Positions 1 to 6,035 of a DNA stretch of 32,000 nt are shown here, one piece after another. Below the pieces are notes generated by a model. It was not told the origin of the DNA, made no database searches, and saw only the letters and a program-made list of their open reading frames with translations. Every line of letters starts with the position of its first letter. Position 1 is the stretch's first letter. Origin of the DNA: Candidatus Poseidoniaceae archaeon (GTDB taxonomy: Archaea > Thermoplasmatota > Poseidoniia > Poseidoniales > Poseidoniaceae); NCBI GenBank assembly GCA_943789275.1, contig CALSTM010000002.1, positions 1-32,000 of the forward strand. The letters run 5' to 3'. The translations under genes were made by a program, and so were the position numbers.

Positions 1-63
1 CTTCGTGAACTTCCAGCGATGAAGGGTAGACCTCCTCTTGAATGGATTTGAAAATCGCTTCAT
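1..63 (-). CDS. hypothetical protein, N-terminal fragment that runs off the window edge
   Basis: The ATG at 63..61 overlaps the TGA (65..63) of the upstream 73-aa ORF by 1 nt (TGATG). It reads MKRFSNPFKRRSTLHRWKFTK... to position 1 with no stop. A GGGGTGG SD-like motif lies 5 nt upstream. Not in the ORF track because it is truncated. Confidence 0.35.
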   Translation of the reverse strand, partial: MKRFSNPFKRRSTLHRWKFTK

Positions 64-284
64 CAAAACCACCCCTGCTCATATCCACATCGATAGCACC
101 AGTAGGAGAAGTGCTTGTATTCATCATTCCATTTCCTTGCTAGTCGAACTCGGTAATTCCTACCATTAGATCTGAACCAACATTTTCCTGTCGGGCAAGG
201 TGGGAAAGCGATGATTCTCCCATCTCGAACCACTGCACCCATCTTCTGATGCCATTCGACATCGTACGGAACATCATCGTTCAT
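63..284 (-). CDS. small Cys-containing protein (73 aa), possible zinc ribbon (CPTGKC ... CYRC)
   Basis: ORF-track entry. Its ATG (284..282) overlaps the TGA of the upstream 55-aa ORF as ATGA. GAGGAGGTGG lies just upstream. Four Cys are arranged as CxxxxC ... CxxC. No family recognised. Confidence 0.5.
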   Translation of the reverse strand: MNDDVPYDVEWHQKMGAVVRDGRIIAFPPCPTGKCWFRSNGRNYRVRLARKWNDEYKHFSYWCYRCGYEQGWF

Positions 285-448
285 TCTTCCACCTCCTCTG
301 CGTGGAGATCACAGCCTGCGGGACTGCCGTAAATGTAGTAATTACATGGGCAGGCATCACAGCATTCTAAACACCAGTAGCATCCACAAGAATACTCAGT
401 CCTGCTGAGATTACCACACGAAGTGCACCGGATTACTTTGCTACTCAT
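281..448 (-). CDS. Cys-rich miniprotein (55 aa, 10 Cys) with an acidic C-terminus
   Basis: Hand-translated; below the ORF-track cutoff. Sequence: MSSKVIRCTSCGNLSRTEYSCGCYWCLECCDACPCNYYIYGSPAGCDLHAEEVEE. GGAGGTG lies 7 nt upstream of the ATG at 448. There are ATGA overlaps at both ends (447..445 with the upstream ORF, 284..281 with the downstream ORF). Confidence 0.5.
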   Translation of the reverse strand: MSSKVIRCTSCGNLSRTEYSCGCYWCLECCDACPCNYYIYGSPAGCDLHAEEVEE

Positions 449-603
449 TCACACACCTCCTTTGAAGGGTGCAATGGATAAGATGCCTCACAGTATGGAC
501 AGAAGAATGCTGCTACATCGAATCCCCAAATGGATTCACGTAGATCATCAACCATCGGTTTGCCACATCGGTAGCAATTGACACGGATTTCGATGGTGTT
601 CAA
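445..603 (-). CDS. zinc-ribbon miniprotein (52 aa, CxxC ... CxxC), putative TTG start
   Basis: Hand-translated: (L/M)NTIEIRVNCYRCGKPMVDDLRESIWGFDVAAFFCPYCEASYPLHPSKEVCE. The TTG at 603..601 is preceded by GGAGGTGA (615..608). An in-frame TAA upstream excludes a longer ORF. The only in-frame ATG (555) would remove the first CxxC. The stop overlaps the next ATG. Confidence 0.4.
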   Translation of the reverse strand: MNTIEIRVNCYRCGKPMVDDLRESIWGFDVAAFFCPYCEASYPLHPSKEVCE

Positions 604-726
604 ACCATCACCTCCAAGAAGGTCTTGAGAACTGACTTGGCGTTACGATTGTTACCTTCTTCCAAGTCCTTCAGAGATTGCTCGATATTCTTGAGCAAAC
701 GAGTGGTAAAGATGTCATCGACCAGT

Positions 727-3700
727 CTATCGTTTATGGTCCCCGCTCCCAGACTTGAACTGGTGACCCGTAGTGCCAGTTACCTGTTCGAACGCGTTGT
801 CAATCGTTTGAATCCACTTATCCTCTGGTATTTGTTTCCAGAGGTGTTTTGGGATTTTTTCTCTCATGAAAGGTGGCAAAGGAAAACTTTGGTCAAAGGA
901 ACGGACCAAATGAGGTGCGAGTTCTTCTGTTATCCACTTAGGAGGGGATTCAATGTCTTTCCAAACACGATCCCTCAATTCCCGTAATTGTCTCGCACGA
1001 ATTCTCAGTTCAAGATCTGTCCAAGCGATGTCATTTCGTCGATGGAGTGCAATGCTTCGACTTGCGGCTTCGGACATCAAAGCTTTTCTGAGGTCTGGAT
1101 TCTTTTTCATTTGGCCCATTTGCACTGCCGTCTCCATTAGGTCTCGAATCCATGACAGTTCAGTTTTGGCGTCACTCTCTTCTTCTAACCCCGCTCGTTG
1201 TTGAATAAGAAGTTGGCAGAGGCGGAAGAATTGGAAATATCGCTCGAAGTCTGGTATTCTGCCACTGTCGTCAAACAACTTGGATGGGGGTTGAGAAAAC
1301 TGTTCACCTAATTTTTCCACATGACAGCAGAATGCAGTGTATGTGTAGTCCTTACTCAAGAAAAGTATGTGTCGAAGAAGAATTTGACCAAAATCGTAAT
1401 GCAAGAGCATCAATTCATGTCTTGACTCTGATTCGATTGAGAGTGCCTCTTTTGAAGCGATTAAAAGGGCGATTTCTCGTTGGGCATGTGATTCAAACAT
1501 CAGTAAATGCTGGGCTTGGTAATTAATTTCTTTCATTCTCCAAATGTTTTCAAGTTCTGGGTCATTTTTGAGAAACGTATTTTTTGCCTCCTCTTTGAGT
1601 CGATTCCATTTATCTGTTTTCCAGAATTCATCCATGCTAAGATATGACCCTTTCAACCATAATTGATAGATGAGGGCCGCTTTGGCTGGATTGGATGTTT
1701 GGAATTTGTCCATGTGTGCGATGATAAATTCACCAAGGAATTTGCAAGTTGATATTGAGAGGCTTGGAATCCTGCATCTCAATTCAAACAAGATTTGATC
1801 TGGTATTTCTTCGATTGAGTCCATCATTTTCTTGGGGTTTTTGAACCATATTTTCAATTCATTATCCAGGACGTTGGTTTTTTGATTGGTTCCTGCCCGA
1901 AGGATTGAGAGTAAGTATTGGCCAGTGAACTTTCGCTCTTCATTCTCAATGGGCTGGTTAATTCTGATTTCCATCTCAGAGTTATCGTACCCGTCGGAAA
2001 GGTAGGGCATTTGACCTGTTGGATCGATGGCTAAGAGGGCGTTCATTGCAAAGCGCATTGCTAAAGCAAGATCTTTGTGTTTCTCCCAACGCTTCACCTC
2101 TTCTGCAACGTAGGTGTTGATTGTGAAGGCAGTGAACAGTTTTGTGAAGATAGGGTGCTTTGGTAGCGCAGGGTTGTTTGGGTCGTCTAAGTCGATCAGA
2201 GCTTGCATATCCTCATCGGGGATTGTGATGTCTCTCAGGAATGCTGGAATTTTTTCCAGGACGTCGTGAAATTCATCTTCGCTGGGGATTTCATCTGAAT
2301 CAAACCAATCTTGCAGGATGTCAAGCGAGCATAGTGTTTCAAAAACACCGCTTTGGGTTTGAACAACACCTTCCTTGGCCAGTTTATCCCAAGCAACCAT
2401 GCATCGGAGTTTGCACGCAATCGGTGTTTCAAGTTCAGAAATCATCTGTATGGCAAGGATTTCTTCATCTGAAATGGTTGATAATCGATTCAACAGCGGG
2501 GCATCTCTGGGACACTCGAGCAGGTCCAGATTGGTGTTTGAGTTGACAAAAGAGTCAACAAATTTTGGCATCCCAAAGAATGTGCTGTTCATGCGCACAC
2601 AAAGGTTCAGAGCTTCTTCCATGCCAAGTTGAACACCAAAATGAGTATCCATGTAACCTGCTAAACTAACCGGAGTCATGGTATGTGGTTTTAGATGAAT
2701 CAATTCATCAGGGTTCAAACCAAATTTCTCGAAAGGAAACATATACAGCCCCATATGTTCTTGCCTCTCTCTGGTTATGAGGAGTAGGGGAACAACTCTC
2801 GAGATTTGCAGTAATGTTTCAAAAATACCAGTCCCAAAGTGATTAATCAGCACCTCCGCATCGTCGATAATCAATGGTAAGAGCGGTGCTTGGTCAATTC
2901 TCTCCAGTTGGTCTTTGATGGTCTCTACTGTCTTTAGGAGGGGGTCATGTCGTGCTGATTGATAGCAAATTTCAATCAATTCGGTGTCGAAACCAAGAGT
3001 TTGAAGAGCGAGCTTACTGATTGAGGTTTTTCCAGTGCAAGCGGGTGCTGACATGATGTAGAGGCCAGCAGAACCAGGCGAGAGATGTTCACAAATCATG
3101 GTATGATTATGAATATCGATGAATGGTGGGTGGAATTCACCTGGCATAACACCGGGGATTACAATGTTTTGAGATGGTATGATGCATCCGTCCCTTCTCG
3201 ATTCAAAAAGTGCATACGCCAACCAACATGCATCACGATTTGGGTGAAGTGATTTCAACCCCTTTCTTGCAAAAAGAACCGCTGAACGCACATCAATGGA
3301 ATATGCTTTTTCGGTGGAGATTTGAGGTATGGCCTGAGTCACATGCGTCCAGAAACCGATGCTGAAATCTCTGGCTGCCACGTCCCAAATCTCCCAACGT
3401 GTAGCAACCACGGCGTCAACGCCTCGTATGCAGAATTGTTCTGCTATAGGTCCACTTATCCCGGAAATGTCAGTTTCAACCGAAGTATCTCCACTTTTGC
3501 AAGCATTGAGGATGACAAGTCGTGGAGGTCCAGCACGGCAACATGAAGCAACAAATTCTGTTGCTGTTAGTCCCCCTGAGTGACCAATATAATGCCCGTC
3601 TTCGACGCTCATGTGGCCACAGAAGTGAATGATGTCCCAATGATTGGATGCAAGGATGGATCTGAGATTTTTTGGATCTTCATCTTCACGTGCACAAACA

Positions 3701-4149
3701 ACTGTTGTGTCAATGCCTCTTGATTCCATCAGTTGTTGAATTGTGTATGCCTCTTCTTGCGCTTTTGACAGTTCAATTGAAGATTCCAGATTGATGATCA
3801 AAGCCTTCTGACTGCCCCAGGGCAATCTGGGAATCCTTGTTTCAACCTTGAGGGGAATCACTTTGTACAATCCTTGGTAGGTGTCTTCATGCGGTTGAGA
3901 TTCTTCGATATCCTGGTTTGGAATTAGTGGATACATTTCGGGATTTTCTTGATTTCTCACGGCCCAATTCACCCAAAACTTTGCATTTCCACGGAAATCA
4001 AGCTTTGATGCCACCATCTCACCAAAGGCGTCGTTGAACTGTTCCGCATTGAACTTGTTGGCCCAAATGGATTCTGGGGATCTCCTGTTTGGAGTCGACC
4101 AAATTGAGTTTATGAGCATACTCAACGGAATCGGCCAGATCTCATCCAT
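727..4149 (-). CDS. CHAT (caspase-like) protease domain fused to a STAND/NB-ARC-like P-loop NTPase and a long helical C-terminal region (1140 aa)
   Basis: Long uninterrupted ORF. The CHAT dyad motifs are WDIIHFCGHM (aa 171-180) and RLVILNACKSG (Cys217). Walker A is SAPACTGKTS (aa 366-375) and Walker B is LPLIIDDAE (aa 424-432). These are followed by PLLLITRER, which resembles the NB-ARC hhhTTR motif. The remaining ~650 aa are helix-rich with no motif I recognise. Confidence 0.8.
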   Translation of the reverse strand: MDEIWPIPLSMLINSIWSTPNRRSPESIWANKFNAEQFNDAFGEMVASKLDFRGNAKFWVNWAVRNQENPEMYPLIPNQDIEESQPHEDTYQGLYKVIPLKVETRIPRLPWGSQKALIINLESSIELSKAQEEAYTIQQLMESRGIDTTVVCAREDEDPKNLRSILASNHWDIIHFCGHMSVEDGHYIGHSGGLTATEFVASCCRAGPPRLVILNACKSGDTSVETDISGISGPIAEQFCIRGVDAVVATRWEIWDVAARDFSIGFWTHVTQAIPQISTEKAYSIDVRSAVLFARKGLKSLHPNRDACWLAYALFESRRDGCIIPSQNIVIPGVMPGEFHPPFIDIHNHTMICEHLSPGSAGLYIMSAPACTGKTSISKLALQTLGFDTELIEICYQSARHDPLLKTVETIKDQLERIDQAPLLPLIIDDAEVLINHFGTGIFETLLQISRVVPLLLITRERQEHMGLYMFPFEKFGLNPDELIHLKPHTMTPVSLAGYMDTHFGVQLGMEEALNLCVRMNSTFFGMPKFVDSFVNSNTNLDLLECPRDAPLLNRLSTISDEEILAIQMISELETPIACKLRCMVAWDKLAKEGVVQTQSGVFETLCSLDILQDWFDSDEIPSEDEFHDVLEKIPAFLRDITIPDEDMQALIDLDDPNNPALPKHPIFTKLFTAFTINTYVAEEVKRWEKHKDLALAMRFAMNALLAIDPTGQMPYLSDGYDNSEMEIRINQPIENEERKFTGQYLLSILRAGTNQKTNVLDNELKIWFKNPKKMMDSIEEIPDQILFELRCRIPSLSISTCKFLGEFIIAHMDKFQTSNPAKAALIYQLWLKGSYLSMDEFWKTDKWNRLKEEAKNTFLKNDPELENIWRMKEINYQAQHLLMFESHAQREIALLIASKEALSIESESRHELMLLHYDFGQILLRHILFLSKDYTYTAFCCHVEKLGEQFSQPPSKLFDDSGRIPDFERYFQFFRLCQLLIQQRAGLEEESDAKTELSWIRDLMETAVQMGQMKKNPDLRKALMSEAASRSIALHRRNDIAWTDLELRIRARQLRELRDRVWKDIESPPKWITEELAPHLVRSFDQSFPLPPFMREKIPKHLWKQIPEDKWIQTIDNAFEQVTGTTGHQFKSGSGDHKR
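2700..3090 (-). other. P-loop NTPase core of the 1140-aa protein (approx. aa 355-480)
   Basis: The Walker A Lys373 codon is at ~3033..3031 and the Walker B Asp429/430 codons at ~2865..2860. Domain borders are approximate. Confidence 0.6.
3190..3810 (-). other. CHAT/caspase-like domain segment of the 1140-aa protein (approx. aa 115-320)
   Basis: The His codons of HFCGH lie at ~3627..3613 and Cys217 at 3501..3499. The His-to-Cys spacing of ~40 aa is typical of caspase-fold proteases. Domain borders are approximate. Confidence 0.6.
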
Positions 4150-4276
4150 CCAATCAAGCGACGGATGACACTCTCTCGAACCGAACGTCGTACGAGTTTT
4201 TTCAGAGCAATTTCGATGTTCGTTGCCCTTTTGTGAAAGGATTGGGATACTTCAAACGCGATATTGAACATCATCC

Positions 4277-4573
4277 TCATGCATCGTTCGATCCAAATGT
4301 TTCTTCATCCATTTTGAGGTAGACCTCCCCTTCATCTGAAAGCAGAATCCGTTCATCCTCGCTGATGTATCCCCAAGCACGATAGTTGAGGTATGAAGAA
4401 TCTCGAACGCCAACTCGCAATGCTGGTTCAGGTGGGCGGAACGTACCGATGTCGTCCTCGTTCAACGGAACCAGTGGTCGTGTGTCTGCATCGTAGTCAT
4501 CGGGTTGCTCGTTGAGGAGCTTCAGTTTGTCGATCAGGTCATCGGGCAGTTCGTCGTTTGTGTTTCTGCTCAT
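4277..4573 (-). CDS. highly acidic small protein (98 aa), unknown function
   Basis: ORF-track entry. Its ATG (4573) overlaps the TGA of the upstream HNH ORF as ATGA, which indicates translational coupling. It is rich in D/E (DELPDDLIDKL, EQPDDYDAD, LNEDDIG, SEDERILLSDEGE). No family recognised. Confidence 0.55.
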   Translation of the reverse strand: MSRNTNDELPDDLIDKLKLLNEQPDDYDADTRPLVPLNEDDIGTFRPPEPALRVGVRDSSYLNYRAWGYISEDERILLSDEGEVYLKMDEETFGSNDA

Positions 4574-5334
4574 GGTAGCAATCCTCCAAAGAATTCAACC
4601 AGTGCTTTGGCGAAATCCACTTGGTCGCTTTTCGCCTGATTGTGGGTTTCGCAATACAGCGTGAGGTTCCAAATGCGTTGCGGCCCTCCCAAAGAGAAGG
4701 GAATGAAACGGTGGTCGTACTGCAACCTCGTCGTTGCCGTGCATCGTTGCCTGAAGTGGTCGATGTGGGTGCAGCGGCCCCGATCTCGCAAGGCGACGGC
4801 AATCTTCACATCCTGTGGAATGTGCCTCGAAATCTCTTGATGGAGGATGTTGCGTTGGACGAATCGCATCGCCGTCAAGTAAGCCTCTTCACCTGCTTTG
4901 GCGATGATGCTTACTTCGTCACCCTCGTCCCTGAGCACGCTTTGCTCGACGGAATGCAACACCTGGTCAAACCGTACATTCCCTAAATTCAGAGACATTG
5001 GAGGAGGTGGTTGAGTTGGCGGAACCACTGGTGCAGGAAGTGGTCGTGGTTGCTGAATCAACAACAAGCAATCCGGCATTCCTTCCCACGCCTTCAATCG
5101 AAATCCGAGCCCTCTCACGAGGTAGATCTGTGAGGATGGTCGGGTCGCCTTTGGATTCAGTGGAACCATGGTGGCCATGGATTGACTGACCATGGCGGAC
5201 CATTCCGCAACGTGCATGCTACGGCGAAATTTCCCTGATTTGACCGTCACTTTGCTGGCGTTCGTGATGATTTGGAGCGATGCGAACTTGGCCAAAACAT
5301 CACCACCTCTCTGCATTGGGCAATGTTCGGTCAA
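4570..5334 (-). CDS. HNH endonuclease domain protein (254 aa): unknown N-terminal domain, Pro-rich linker, C-terminal HNH
   Basis: The C-terminal sequence RDRGRCTHIDHFRQRCTATTRLQYDHRFIPFSLGGPQRIWNLTLYCETHNQAKSD fits the HNH pattern (C..C ... DH.iP.s.GG ... NL..lC...N..K), at roughly nt 4614..4785. The linker is QQPRPLPAPVVPPTQPPPP. The start could instead be Met7 (5316). Confidence 0.7.
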   Translation of the reverse strand: MTEHCPMQRGGDVLAKFASLQIITNASKVTVKSGKFRRSMHVAEWSAMVSQSMATMVPLNPKATRPSSQIYLVRGLGFRLKAWEGMPDCLLLIQQPRPLPAPVVPPTQPPPPMSLNLGNVRFDQVLHSVEQSVLRDEGDEVSIIAKAGEEAYLTAMRFVQRNILHQEISRHIPQDVKIAVALRDRGRCTHIDHFRQRCTATTRLQYDHRFIPFSLGGPQRIWNLTLYCETHNQAKSDQVDFAKALVEFFGGLLP

Positions 5335-5596
5335 CCTTCGACCGAACTTCGGTCAACGCTCGGTCAATCTTCGGTTGAACTTCGGTCGAAAAGGCGGCGA
5401 GGAGGCTGGTTGCCTCGTCGATGAGTCCTGCTTGGAGCAAGGCGTGAGCCGACCGAATGGTTGCTTCGAGTTGAGCCACTTGGGTTTGGGGAGCGGAGAC
5501 TGGTACGTCCGCCACCAACTTTGAGTCCGTACCCTCTGATTGGATTTGAAGACTGAAACAAGACGGTTTTATTCGGGCAGTACCCATTGCGGCCAT
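5300..5596 (-). CDS. hypothetical protein (98 aa), doubtful
   Basis: ORF-track entry in the same orientation as its neighbours. It overlaps the 139-aa ORF by 28 nt and the HNH ORF by 35 nt. Its C-terminus (TEVQPKIDRALTEVRSKVDRTL) is simply the translation of the 11-bp repeat array, so the region may be non-coding. Confidence 0.3.
   Translation of the reverse strand: MAAMGTARIKPSCFSLQIQSEGTDSKLVADVPVSAPQTQVAQLEATIRSAHALLQAGLIDEATSLLAAFSTEVQPKIDRALTEVRSKVDRTLPNAERW
5325..5390. repeat. six tandem copies of an 11-bp unit (consensus CTTCGGTCAAC; copy 2 reads CTTCGACCGAA, its complement strand carries the core as TTCGGTCGAAG)
   Basis: Read directly from the sequence: GTTCGGTCAAC / CTTCGACCGAA / CTTCGGTCAAC / GCTCGGTCAAT / CTTCGGTTGAA / CTTCGGTCGAA. 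The copies are contiguous with an exact 11-bp register. The array straddles the annotated start (5334) of the HNH ORF. Confidence 0.85.
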
Positions 5597-5988
5597 TCTT
5601 CATGGTCGGAAGAATTGCTGACAACAACCAAGACCGGCCGCTGAACGGTCGAAAGTACATCGTTTAAGTTTCGATGAGTTGATGGAGTAATGACGCCGTC
5701 CCTCATGTCAACTGCCAGCCATGCTTCGGGATATTGGCCCTTCCAAGCCTCCAGTTCAGCTTCAATACCTTCAGGAGGTATTCCTTGGCGTACGCTCGCA
5801 ATGAATCCCCATTGCGGAGGGCAGCGACGTTCCGCATCTGTCCAAAGAAACATTCGTGGCTGTGAAGGGAGACGACCCAGTTGGGCTATGGCTTCTTCGA
5901 GGGTCACGCAAACGGGCCGATTCGGCATTGGCATCGGCAGTGAATGACGCCAAGTACGGTCCAAATCGAGTGGTTCTCGGCGGCGCAT
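5569..5988 (-). CDS. hypothetical protein (139 aa)
   Basis: ORF-track entry with an ATG start at 5988. It is the first gene of the co-directional minus-strand block and diverges from the DUF106 gene. No recognisable motif. Confidence 0.45.
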   Translation of the reverse strand: MRRREPLDLDRTWRHSLPMPMPNRPVCVTLEEAIAQLGRLPSQPRMFLWTDAERRCPPQWGFIASVRQGIPPEGIEAELEAWKGQYPEAWLAVDMRDGVITPSTHRNLNDVLSTVQRPVLVVVSNSSDHEEWPQWVLPE

Positions 5989-6035
5989 GTACGGCCTATG
6001 CTTGTCTCTCGTTTCAATCCCTCGGAGTATCGAGA

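Noticed and set aside
4176-4187. A single reverse-orientation copy of the repeat core (CGTTCGGTTCGA on the minus strand) in the intergenic region upstream of the CHAT-NTPase gene
   Set aside because: It would tempt an operator link to the 5325..5390 array. However, a 7-8-mer is expected by chance several times in this window, and another copy sits inside the 822-aa ORF near 9690.
4539-5660. A cluster of overlapping alternative ORFs on both strands (4539..4802, 4621..4986, 4640..4840, 4967..5203, 4998..5189, 5192..5524, 5364..5660)
   Set aside because: None has a motif, and they overlap the HNH-containing frame, which does. They are probably frame shadows. Annotation in 5300..5600 remains genuinely uncertain, however.
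727-5988. An apparent GC-content difference between the CHAT gene (AT-richer) and the HNH region (GC-richer) as evidence of foreign origin
   Set aside because: Spot counts of single 60-nt lines ranged from 20/60 to 31/60 inside the block, and from 22/60 to 39/60 in core genes. Local variance is therefore too high to support a claim without a proper windowed calculation.
5856-6035. GTG-initiated N-terminal extension of the DUF106 ORF (track start 5856)
   Set aside because: It overlaps the opposite-strand 139-aa ORF and adds 60 non-membrane residues with no signal. The first ATG (6036), or 6099, precedes the hydrophobic N-terminus.
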